DNA from: Desulfatiglandales bacterium
Lineage (GTDB): Bacteria > Desulfobacterota > DSM-4660 > Desulfatiglandales > HGW-15
DNA: 33,084 nt
Direction: 5' to 3'
NCBI GenBank assembly: GCA_046481735.1
Contig: JAWOJI010000077.1
Location: forward strand, 1-33,084
Below, piece by piece: positions 15,877 through 24,262 of this stretch. A program made the position numbers and the translations under genes. Within the stretch, counting starts at the first letter, position 1. Every line of letters begins with the position of its first letter. Below the pieces are notes generated by a model, which saw only the letters and a program-made list of their open reading frames with translations, did no database searches and had not been told where the DNA came from.

Positions 15877-17055
15877 ATGGCGGTCAAAAAAGTAACCAGA
15901 ACCATCCAGGAGATCAATCAGAAAATCAAAGAGGGCAAGGTCGTGGTTGTCACCGCCGATGAAATGACGGATCTCGTCAAGCGCGAAGGCGCCGTGAAGG
16001 CGGCAAGGGAAGTGGATGTCGTGACCACAGGTACCTTTGCACCCATGTGTTCTTCCGGCGCCTTTATCAATTTCGGGCACACCAAACCGGCCATCAAGGC
16101 GGCCAAGGTCTGGTTGAACGAGGTCCCTGCTTACGCAGGACTGGCCGCCGTGGACATTTATATCGGGGCCACCGAACCGACGGAGGATGATCCTCTGAAC
16201 CGGGTTCATCCCGGACAGTTTCAATATGGTGGGGGCCACGTCATCCATGACCTCGTGGCCGGGAAGACGGTGAGGCTCAGAGCTACAGCGTACGGCACAG
16301 ATTGTTACCCAAACCGAAAGGCGAACAAAAAAATCCGGCTTGCAGATCTTCCCTACGCCCTGCTCCTCAATCCCAGGAACGCCTATCAGAACTACAACTG
16401 TGCCGTCAACCTCTCCAACAAGACCATCTACACCTACATGGGGGTGCTGAAGCCGAAGGGGGGCAATGCCAATTACTCCACTTCCGGGCAACTGAGCCCT
16501 CTCCTGAACGATCCTTACTATCTCACGATGGGCTTGGGAACCAGGATTTTCCTGGGAGGCACAAGAGGTTACATCATCGGGCCCGGAACCCAGCACAGGC
16601 CGGATGTGAAGAGGACAAAAGGGGGTGCGCCACAGTCGCCCGCAGGGACCCTCATGGTCATGGGAGATCTTAAAGACATGGATCCCCGCTGGGTGATGGG
16701 CGTGAGCATGCTTGGCTACGGTTGTTCGATCGCCCTGGGGATCGGTGTTCCTATCCCTGTGTTGAACGAGGAAATCGCTAGATTTACCGGGGTTTCAGAC
16801 GAGGAACTCTTCACGCAGGTCATCGACTACGGAAACGATTACCCCAAAGGAGAAGCGATGAGCCTCGGGCAGGTCAGCTATGCTGAGCTGAAAAGCGGTA
16901 CAATCATGTTCAGGGATCAGCCCATCCACACCGTACCCCTTTCGAGCCATACCAGGGCTGTGGAGATCGCCAATATTCTGAAGGAGTGGATCGAAAAGGG
17001 CGAGTTTCTGCTTACTGAGCCGCAGGTGATGTTGCCGACGGTCCCCATGTCCTAG
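15877..17055 (+). CDS. DUF39/COG1900 family protein (homocysteine biosynthesis, aspartate-semialdehyde sulfurtransferase type)
   Basis: About 392 aa from an ATG 10 nt after GGGAGG. The N-terminal pattern VVVVTADEM ... VDVVTTGTFAPMCSSGAFINFGH is typical of the family. Confidence 0.78.
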   Translation: MAVKKVTRTIQEINQKIKEGKVVVVTADEMTDLVKREGAVKAAREVDVVTTGTFAPMCSSGAFINFGHTKPAIKAAKVWLNEVPAYAGLAAVDIYIGATEPTEDDPLNRVHPGQFQYGGGHVIHDLVAGKTVRLRATAYGTDCYPNRKANKKIRLADLPYALLLNPRNAYQNYNCAVNLSNKTIYTYMGVLKPKGGNANYSTSGQLSPLLNDPYYLTMGLGTRIFLGGTRGYIIGPGTQHRPDVKRTKGGAPQSPAGTLMVMGDLKDMDPRWVMGVSMLGYGCSIALGIGVPIPVLNEEIARFTGVSDEELFTQVIDYGNDYPKGEAMSLGQVSYAELKSGTIMFRDQPIHTVPLSSHTRAVEIANILKEWIEKGEFLLTEPQVMLPTVPMS

Positions 17056-17169
17056 GGCAGGCTGCTAATAAATGGCGCAGGAGCCCCACCTAGGAAGAAG
17101 GGGGTTCGAGAAGTTGCGATAGGAAGGAATAGAAATTAAGGCAGGCTGCTGAAAAGAGTACGCTGCATG

Positions 17170-17198
17170 TTGACATGAAAAGACGCTCAGTGTATAGG
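17170..17198 (+). promoter_or_regulatory. Candidate sigma70 promoter of greA
   Basis: TTGACA, a 17-nt spacer, then TATAGG with TG just upstream. It sits in an AT-rich stretch about 150 nt before the greA ATG. Confidence 0.4.
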
Positions 17199-17265
17199 TA
17201 ATAAAAAATTCTTTACCGCTGTGATAATAGGCGGAACGTAAGATGCCTTTGCTCATGATCCCGCT

Positions 17266-17298
17266 GAAGCCTTTCTATCCCTACTATAGAAAGGCTTC
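17266..17298 (+). promoter_or_regulatory. Perfect 13-bp hairpin in the greA 5' leader
   Basis: GAAGCCTTTCTAT-CCCTACT-ATAGAAAGGCTTC. No U-tract follows. The hairpin is certain; its function is not. Confidence 0.5.
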
Positions 17299-17351
17299 AA
17301 CGTTCGAGGGCGCCACCGAAGCTCTGCATACTACGAGGGAGAAAAAGGGGT

Positions 17352-17819
17352 ATGGACAGAATCCCGATTACCAGGGAAGGGCTGGAAAAGGTAAAAGAGG
17401 AACTGACCCGTATGGAAAGGGTGGAAAGACCTGCCAACATTCGTGCCATTGAAGAGGCGAGAGGCCACGGAGACTTGAGTGAAAACGCCGAGTATCACGC
17501 CGCCAAGGAAAGGCAGTCTTTCATTGAGGGTCGGATCAACGAGCTGAGAGCCTTGATCGGGCAATCCGAGGTCATTGAACTGGACGGGAACCCTTCAGAC
17601 ACGGTTGTCTTCGGTAAGACGGTTCGTTTGTATGACGTCAACACCGAGGAAGAAACCTCCTACCAGCTTCTCGGCCCTTACGAATCGGCGCCGGAAGATG
17701 GGAGAATTTCCGTGTCATCGCCTATCGGGAAGGCCCTGATCGGCATGAAAGTGGGAGACGAAGTCAGGGTGAGGACGCCGAGAGGAATTCAAGAATTTGA
17801 AATCCTGGAGATTTTCTAG
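17352..17819 (+). CDS. greA: Transcription elongation factor GreA
   Basis: 155 aa with motifs IPITREGLEKVKEEL, GDLSENAEYHAAKE and SSPIGKALIGMKVGDEV. Confidence 0.95.
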   Translation: MDRIPITREGLEKVKEELTRMERVERPANIRAIEEARGHGDLSENAEYHAAKERQSFIEGRINELRALIGQSEVIELDGNPSDTVVFGKTVRLYDVNTEEETSYQLLGPYESAPEDGRISVSSPIGKALIGMKVGDEVRVRTPRGIQEFEILEIF

Positions 17820-17828
17820 AAGATCGAT

Positions 17829-18302
17829 ATGTCGTGTCGCATGTTCATACACGGCCTTGAAAGCACCAACCAGGGGACCAAGGCCGTCTTTTTTCGGGAA
17901 AATTACCCGGGGATGATAACCCCTCACTTTACCGGGCCCCTTGATGAAAGAATGGAAAAACTCAAGACGGTCCTCTCGGATCAGCAAGGGATTACCCTCG
18001 TGGGATCCAGCTTTGGAGGCCTCATGGCCTCCATATTTGCATTAGAGAGCGAAGGGCGGATGAAAAGCTTGATCCTGCTTGCTCCGGCCATCAATTTGAT
18101 GCCGTGCATGCCCTGCAGTGAAAGGAAAACCGGTGTTCCTACCTGGATTTACCATGGCAAGCAGGATGACGTGATCGACATTGGAGAGGTTCAACGGGTG
18201 GCGGAGAAGGTTTTCTCAAACCTTCGATTCCACGCCGTAGACGATGACCACTTCCTTCACAAGACCTTCAAGACTCTGCCGTGGGATCGGCTTCTCTCAT
18301 GA
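17829..18302 (+). CDS. Small alpha/beta hydrolase (YqiA-like esterase fold)
   Basis: 157 aa with IHGLES, the nucleophile elbow GSSFGG, and late Asp/His residues (DDDHFL). Confidence 0.7.
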   Translation: MSCRMFIHGLESTNQGTKAVFFRENYPGMITPHFTGPLDERMEKLKTVLSDQQGITLVGSSFGGLMASIFALESEGRMKSLILLAPAINLMPCMPCSERKTGVPTWIYHGKQDDVIDIGEVQRVAEKVFSNLRFHAVDDDHFLHKTFKTLPWDRLLS

Positions 18303-18320
18303 AATCCGAGGTCGTGCATC

Positions 18321-18497
18321 TCATTTTTCGATCACCTCCGACAGATTGATCTCCAGCATCTTGATGGCGGCCAGGATTCGACGGGTGTTTCGATAAAGCG
18401 CGGGAAAATCCTCTCCCAGATCCGTAAGCTCCAGCGCCGTCTTTTTCATAGATGCGATCTTTTCGGCGATCGCAACCAGGTCATACCTCGTATTCAT
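18321..18497 (-). CDS. 58-aa ORF joined by an ATGA overlap to the PaaK-family ligase (absent from the ORF track)
   Basis: Its ATG overlaps the ligase TGA. GAGAGG lies 6-11 nt upstream. Translation: MNTRYDLVAIAEKIASMKKTALELTDLGEDFPALYRNTRRILAAIKMLEINLSEVIEK. At 58 aa it is just below the 60-aa track cutoff. Confidence 0.45.
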   Translation of the reverse strand: MNTRYDLVAIAEKIASMKKTALELTDLGEDFPALYRNTRRILAAIKMLEINLSEVIEK

Positions 18498-19825
18498 CCT
18501 TTACCTCTCAAATCCTTGAATCGCTTGGCCTTCACATCATAGCGCGGAAGGGTTCCAAAGTCGTGGAACTCGATAGCATACCCCAGGTTGGTCTTGAGGC
18601 GGAGCTGGTCTTTAAGCCTGGCCTCAATCTGCTTGCGCTCACCCTCTCGCCCCTTGGTGATTTCGACCTTCAAGGTGATGCGATCGATGTCTCCCACCTT
18701 GTCAACAATGACTTCAAACTCATTTCCAAGGCCGTCCAAACCTCTGACGACTTCCTCGATGGCCGACGGGGACAGGAGCACCCCTTTGACCTTCGTGATG
18801 TCATCCGCTCTCCCGATAACGCCCCCTTTGATTGTCCGGAAGGTGCGGCCACAGGGACAAGGCTCTGGAGCCCACTCGATGATGTCCTTGGAGTCAAAGC
18901 GGATGCAAGGCTGGGCCTGGCGATCCAAGGCGGTGATGATCATCTTTCCTCTTCGGCCCGGTTCCTCAATGTATTCCCCTGTTTCAACATCCTGAATCTC
19001 GACTAGAAAGAACGCTTCGTTGACGTGGAGACCGCCGGATTGGGCGGTGCACTCAAAACACCATGCGCCGATTTCCGTGGCGCCTGCATGATCGTACACC
19101 TTGGCGCTCCAAGACTCCTCCATCCTTTTCTTCGTGGTGGGAATGCTGGCGCCCGGCTCTCCGGCGCATGTGATTTTCCGGATTGCGAGGGAGGAGGGGG
19201 CGATCCCCATTTTTCGGGCTGTGTCGGCCATGCCCAACACATAGGTGGGGGTTGCCATCATGGCCGTGCACTGCAATTCCTGGATTTTCAAAATCCTGGC
19301 CTGAGTGTCCAGCACACCTCCCGGCACGATCTCGGCGCCGATTTTTTCAACCGCGTAATGGCCTGCCCAGAAAGCGACGAAGACATTGTACCCAAAGGGA
19401 AGGAACACGCGATCCGATGGTCGATATCCTTGCGCCCAGAGGATGTAGGACCAACACTCGGACCACCATTCCCAGTCCTGCCAGGTATCGGCCTGGTACA
19501 CGGGTTGGCCGGTGGTGCCGCTGGTCTGGCGGAATTCAACTACCTCATCAAGGGGAACGCACAGGGCATCTCCGTATGGGAACGGATCTTTGCGCTGGAT
19601 GTCACGCATCATGGATTTTTCCACCGTCGGGATCCGCCGGATATCCTCAAAGGATTGAATATCTCCGGGTTTTATCCCGGCCTTGTCATAGAGGGCGCGG
19701 TGGAATTTCGACTTCTCGTATCCCCACTCAAAAATTCTTCTGAATTTCCGGAACTGGAGGTCACGAGTTTTTTCATGGACGAGGGTTTCCAGCACCGGAT
19801 TCCAATAGGGTTGTTCTTTCCACAT
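18494..19825 (-). CDS. Phenylacetate-CoA ligase family adenylate-forming enzyme (PaaK/F390 synthetase-like)
   Basis: 443 aa with a PaaK-type N-terminus (DIQSFEDIRRIPTVEK) and the AMP-binding motif TSGTTGQPV. Confidence 0.85.
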   Translation of the reverse strand: MWKEQPYWNPVLETLVHEKTRDLQFRKFRRIFEWGYEKSKFHRALYDKAGIKPGDIQSFEDIRRIPTVEKSMMRDIQRKDPFPYGDALCVPLDEVVEFRQTSGTTGQPVYQADTWQDWEWWSECWSYILWAQGYRPSDRVFLPFGYNVFVAFWAGHYAVEKIGAEIVPGGVLDTQARILKIQELQCTAMMATPTYVLGMADTARKMGIAPSSLAIRKITCAGEPGASIPTTKKRMEESWSAKVYDHAGATEIGAWCFECTAQSGGLHVNEAFFLVEIQDVETGEYIEEPGRRGKMIITALDRQAQPCIRFDSKDIIEWAPEPCPCGRTFRTIKGGVIGRADDITKVKGVLLSPSAIEEVVRGLDGLGNEFEVIVDKVGDIDRITLKVEITKGREGERKQIEARLKDQLRLKTNLGYAIEFHDFGTLPRYDVKAKRFKDLRGKG

Positions 19826-19877
19826 AAAATCAAGACCTCCTTCGCAACGATGAAATCGCCGACAATCCCTGCTTTAC

Positions 19878-21182
19878 CTAATTCATGAGGCCCGGCAAGA
19901 AAAGAGCGATCTGGGGAAAGGGGATAAGGAGCAAAGACAACAGGATCAAGGCAAAGAGGAAGGGAAGCGCCCCCTTGAATATGTCCTCGAGCGGCACATC
20001 CTGAACCACACCGCTCACCACGTAAACGTTTACCCCCACCGGAGGAGTGATGACGCCCATCTGGGTGACAAGCACGATGATGACGCCGAACCAGATCGGG
20101 TCATAGCCCATGTCGATTACCACAGGATAAAAAATGGGGATGGTGAGAAGGATCAGGGCCAGGGCATCAATGAAACAGCCGCCTGCAAGATAGAGAAAAA
20201 TGATGAAAGCCATGATCGCCCCATGGGGCAGGGGCAATTCGCTGACCCAAGTGGCAAGGGCATAGGGAATTCTGGTGATGGCGAGGAAATGGCCGAACAT
20301 GGTGGCTCCGGCCACAATGACCATGACCATGCAGGAAATCCGCGTGCTTTCCACGAGAGCCTGCATGAGTGCCTTCCAACCAAGGCGGCGCGTAGCCAGG
20401 CCGAGGATGATGGCTCCTCCTGCCCCGATGGCGCCGGCTTCCGTGGGCGTAAAGAACCCAAGGAAAAGCCCCCCCATTACAAGGGCGAAAAGCAGAAGGG
20501 TTTCGATCACCCCTTTGAGGGAGGCCAATTTTTCCCGAAGGGTTACCTTCGGCCCTTTCGGGGCGACACGGGGGCGTACTTCAGCCCAGATGAAAATGGC
20601 GGCGACAAAGAAGAGACTAAGCAAGATGCCGGGGAGCACACCGGCAATGAAGAGCTTGCCGATGGACTGTTCTGTGAGGATCCCGTACACGATGAAAATC
20701 ACACTGGGAGGGATCAGAATGCCCAGGCTGCCGCCTGCTGCGACGGTTCCCGTGCCGAGCACCATACTGTATTTGTATCGTTTCATCTCAGGCAATGCGA
20801 CGGTGGCCATGGTGGCTGCAGCAGCGTTGGTGGAACCGCAGATCGCCGCAAAGCCTGCGCAAGCCGCGACGGTGGCCATAGCGAGGCCGCCCGGGAGATG
20901 GCCGATGAACTTGTAGGCGGTGTCAAACAGGCGGCTGCTGATTCCGGCGTGAAAGGTGACCTGTCCCATGAGGATGAATAGGGGCACCACGGTCAAACTG
21001 TAAGAACCAAAAATGGTGTAGAAGTCCTTGGCGAGCATCCTGAGGCCGGCGTCCCAGGTCACGGCATAACTGAAACCCACAACTCCCACGAGGGCCATCA
21101 CAAATCCCACGGGCATGCGGGAGAAAAGGACAATGATCAGGACCACTAACCCGATTAACCCGACTGTCGTTGGATCCATCAC
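19878..21182 (-). CDS. dctM: TRAP transporter large permease subunit
   Basis: 434 aa, polytopic, with the DctM pattern (SLGILIPPS, GVNVYVV). Confidence 0.9.
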   Translation of the reverse strand: MMDPTTVGLIGLVVLIIVLFSRMPVGFVMALVGVVGFSYAVTWDAGLRMLAKDFYTIFGSYSLTVVPLFILMGQVTFHAGISSRLFDTAYKFIGHLPGGLAMATVAACAGFAAICGSTNAAAATMATVALPEMKRYKYSMVLGTGTVAAGGSLGILIPPSVIFIVYGILTEQSIGKLFIAGVLPGILLSLFFVAAIFIWAEVRPRVAPKGPKVTLREKLASLKGVIETLLLFALVMGGLFLGFFTPTEAGAIGAGGAIILGLATRRLGWKALMQALVESTRISCMVMVIVAGATMFGHFLAITRIPYALATWVSELPLPHGAIMAFIIFLYLAGGCFIDALALILLTIPIFYPVVIDMGYDPIWFGVIIVLVTQMGVITPPVGVNVYVVSGVVQDVPLEDIFKGALPFLFALILLSLLLIPFPQIALFLPGLMN

Positions 21183-21223
21183 CGCTCTCCTTTACGCACC
21201 GTTTGGCGCACAATCGCCCCAGG

Positions 21224-21727
21224 TCAAACTTTCCACCTGAAGTACGGCGGTTCTCTTCTGGTCAGCACGAACCAGAGATCCATGAGCAGCACTAGACAAA
21301 CCGCTACGGATGCTACGGACATGCCATAAAGAATAGGGTAAAAAGGAAAACGCAGCGTCATGGAAACCTCACCGTAGATGCGAAAGTCGTTCCCATAACG
21401 GATGCATTCGTAGGCCAAAAGCACAAAGAGGAAAATGCTCAACAGATGGGTGATCACGTATATGGCCTTCTGAAGGCCCATTGAAAGGCGCATCACGATC
21501 ACCTCGACAGCCACATGGGCGCGCTGCAAGGTGGTGTGGGCCATGGCAAAGGCGGCCACTGCAGCTCCCAGGAACTCGACGATTTCATAGGTCCCGAGAA
21601 TGGGTCGCCTGAACATGCGCAGCACCACGTCTGCGAAGGTGAGGGCGGTCATGCCGAGCAGGGATATTCCTGCAGCCACATTCAGGAAATCGACAAAACG
21701 GCGCACCTGGTTGGGAAAGTAGGCCAT
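21224..21727 (-). CDS. dctQ: TRAP transporter small permease subunit
   Basis: 167 aa with four TM helices, immediately upstream of dctM. Confidence 0.8.
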   Translation of the reverse strand: MAYFPNQVRRFVDFLNVAAGISLLGMTALTFADVVLRMFRRPILGTYEIVEFLGAAVAAFAMAHTTLQRAHVAVEVIVMRLSMGLQKAIYVITHLLSIFLFVLLAYECIRYGNDFRIYGEVSMTLRFPFYPILYGMSVASVAVCLVLLMDLWFVLTRREPPYFRWKV

Positions 21728-21964
21728 CGTCTCACCTCATTAGAAATCGGTCAGGAAGAAATGGGGTTCTTTCTGTATTTCTCGATGCTTTCGCGAATAA
21801 ACTGAATGTGTTCCTTTCCCGGCATTCCCTTGCTTTCCAGCACGCTCTCCGATGATTATATTCTAGCTACAATATGACTACTAAACAGGGGTTGTCGTGT
21901 CAATAAAAAAGCGTTTCCTTTTACATACAAGAAAATCTGCAATTAATAAAAGGAATTCGAGCCT

Positions 21965-22156
21965 ATGAAATTCTGCGATCTCACATGCAAGCATGCCCGT
22001 TGGCCCAGAGAGGAAGCCCTTGACGGATCGGGCAGTTGCCGAACCTTCCAGGCCGTGTTCTGCGAAAAAACGCAGCGCACCGTTCACAAGAATGCACCAT
22101 GCCGAGAGAAGGAAGTTCGTAGCCAGGACCATGGCGCCGGCGGCGAACAAAGCTAA
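21965..22156 (+). CDS. Small cysteine-rich protein (63 aa)
   Basis: MKFCDLTCKHARWP..ALDGSGSCRTFQAVFC....VHKNAPC carries five spaced Cys residues. AAGGAA lies upstream. It competes with an antisense 95-aa ORF (21881-22168); the Cys spacing is why I prefer this strand. Confidence 0.5.
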   Translation: MKFCDLTCKHARWPREEALDGSGSCRTFQAVFCEKTQRTVHKNAPCREKEVRSQDHGAGGEQS

Positions 22157-22164
22157 TTCGCATT

Positions 22165-22761
22165 TCATGCCTCCATGGTTTCCAGGTATCGGGCGATGGC
22201 GCCGTCGTAACGGTGGGTCAATTGGAAGACTTTCTTTGCCAGCCTGAACCTCGTTCCGAGAGATGTAGCGCCCTTGCTTTCCTCCATTTCCCTGAGGACC
22301 GGCCCATAGTCCGCCGGGTCTGTGAGAGCCGTAACGTGCCGGTAGTTCTTGGCGGCTGAGCGAAGCATGGCAGGGCCGCCGATATCGATGTTCTCAACGG
22401 CTTGCTCCAGAGTGACCCCGTGCCCTGCAACCGTCTTTTCGAACTGGTAGAGGTTGACCACTACCATGTCGATGTTCAGGATACCATGTGCTTCCATTGT
22501 CTTCAGGTGTTCAGGGTTGTCCCTCATGCCCAGAATACCCCCGTGGATCATTGGATGGAGGGTTTTTACCCGACCGTCGAGCATTTCGGGAAAACCGGTG
22601 TATTGGGAGATGTCCGTTACAGGGATATCCGCCTTTCTCAATGCTCCCGCGGTTCCACCGGTTGAGAGAATCTGAACACCGAATCTTGAAAGCGACTTCA
22701 CAAAATCAACGACGCCTTCCTTGTCCGTGACGCTGACAATCGCCCTTTGGATCTTTCGCAT
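22165..22761 (-). CDS. IMP cyclohydrolase (PurH N-terminal MGS-like domain only)
   Basis: 198 aa. It aligns by eye to residues ~1-200 of E. coli PurH ([51 protein letters not shown]). It stops before the AICAR formyltransferase domain. Confidence 0.85.
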   Translation of the reverse strand: MRKIQRAIVSVTDKEGVVDFVKSLSRFGVQILSTGGTAGALRKADIPVTDISQYTGFPEMLDGRVKTLHPMIHGGILGMRDNPEHLKTMEAHGILNIDMVVVNLYQFEKTVAGHGVTLEQAVENIDIGGPAMLRSAAKNYRHVTALTDPADYGPVLREMEESKGATSLGTRFRLAKKVFQLTHRYDGAIARYLETMEA

Positions 22762-22883
22762 CTCCCGACCTCCATCAAGAAAGTGTTTGGGTTTTCAATC
22801 AACCCCCTTGAAGAGTAGCACGATTCATGAGATTAAAGAAACCATGGATAAACGATATGAGCAAAGGAAAGAACTGTGAGCTC

Positions 22884-24188
22884 ATGAACCCTTGGTACGC
22901 CGCCTATGCCGCCATCGGATCCGTAGCCTTCATTCCTTCTGCGCCTTTTCTTTGGCTCTATTCCCGTCTGAACAGGCGTTTCGCCAAGGGCTGGAAACAG
23001 AGGCTGGGATTCCTTCCATATGGTCTGAGCGCCATCGAGGCTCCCATATGGTTCCACGCGTCCTCTCTGGGAGAACTGAGGGTGGCCGACTCGATCATGT
23101 CCCGCGTCAGAAAACTTCGCCCCGAGAGCCCCATGATCCTGTCCGTGAACACAGATTACGGATTCGAATCAGCCAGGACTCAGGATCAAGACACGCCCGT
23201 GGTGTACGCCCCTTTCGATGTTCTTTTTTCGGTTCGAAAGGCACTTTCCATCGCCGAACCCCGCCTCATGGTGTTCCTGGAGACCGAGATCTGGCCTGCG
23301 TGGATCGTGGAAGCCCGGCGAAAGGGGATCCATTGCGCTCTTGTCAACGGCCGGATTTCATCCGGATCCTTTCGACGGTATCGAAAAGCTGCCCCTCTTT
23401 TTCGAGAAGTGCTGAGATGCGTGGACGCTTTCAGCATGATTTCTGAGACGGACAGAAGCCGAATCCTGGCCATGGGAGCGGACCCGGGGAAGGTGGAAGT
23501 CCACGGAAACGCAAAACATGATCTTCTGGTGCGGCAAGCGAACCCTTCCGTGGCAGCGGAGATGCGGCGCCTTCTCGACCTGCGGGCATCCGACACGGTC
23601 TTTGTGGCGGGAAGCACTCGGGAAGGGGAGGAGGAGAAAGTGATCGAGGTGTTTTCGAGGGTGCGAAAGGAATTTCCGGAAACCATCCTTGTCATAGCTC
23701 CCAGACACATTGCGAGAAGGCCGAGCATCGAGAACATGCTGCGGCGGCGCAACCTTCCCTACCAACTTCGGTCGCGCTTGCGCGAGAGGGGGGGAAGGAG
23801 AACCGCGCCGGTTCTGATCCTCGACACTTTTGGAGAACTTTTTAAAGTCTACAGCGTAGGGACCATCAATTTCTGCGGCGCCAGCCTCGTTCCGAAGGGA
23901 GGGCAAAATCCGATGGAAGCGGCGGTCTGGGGAAAGGCGGTTTTCTATGGGCCTTTTATGGACGATTTCATGGAAGCAAGAGCGCTCTTGGAACGGGTGG
24001 ATGGGGGCATCCTGGTGAAAGACGCGGAGGATTTTTCGGAAAAGGCGATCGCACTGCTGCGTCAAAGGGACTCGTTGGCCTTCCTTGGAAAACAGGCGAG
24101 GTCCGCAGTCCTTGAGAGCCGGAATGCTGCGGAGAGGCATGCCGCAGTCATTGCGCGGATGCTCAAGAAGACTGAAGTGCCGGAGTAG
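22884..24188 (+). CDS. waaA: 3-deoxy-D-manno-octulosonic acid (KDO) transferase
   Basis: GT30 pattern: WFHASSLGE, ETEIWP and GGQNPMEAA. The start is uncertain. I chose MNPWY (22884) so the N-terminal TM helix sits at the terminus; the ATGs at 22827 and 22857 are also possible. Confidence 0.88.
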   Translation: MNPWYAAYAAIGSVAFIPSAPFLWLYSRLNRRFAKGWKQRLGFLPYGLSAIEAPIWFHASSLGELRVADSIMSRVRKLRPESPMILSVNTDYGFESARTQDQDTPVVYAPFDVLFSVRKALSIAEPRLMVFLETEIWPAWIVEARRKGIHCALVNGRISSGSFRRYRKAAPLFREVLRCVDAFSMISETDRSRILAMGADPGKVEVHGNAKHDLLVRQANPSVAAEMRRLLDLRASDTVFVAGSTREGEEEKVIEVFSRVRKEFPETILVIAPRHIARRPSIENMLRRRNLPYQLRSRLRERGGRRTAPVLILDTFGELFKVYSVGTINFCGASLVPKGGQNPMEAAVWGKAVFYGPFMDDFMEARALLERVDGGILVKDAEDFSEKAIALLRQRDSLAFLGKQARSAVLESRNAAERHAAVIARMLKKTEVPE

Positions 24189-24262
24189 GAGAGCTTTGGA
24201 TCGTCGAGAGGAACTGCCGATCGGCGAAACTCAAGCGCCCACTCTTCTCCATTATCCCACAT

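Noticed and set aside
17056-17152. Short repeats: GGCAGGCTGCT at 17056 and 17142, and CCACCTAGGA at 4-13 and 17087-17096
   Set aside because: At 10-11 nt, exact matches are expected many times by chance in 33 kb when both strands are counted.
17243-17452. A 69-aa ORF spanning the greA leader
   Set aside because: It overlaps the well-supported greA start out of frame. It has no RBS, and its sequence is explained by the leader hairpin.
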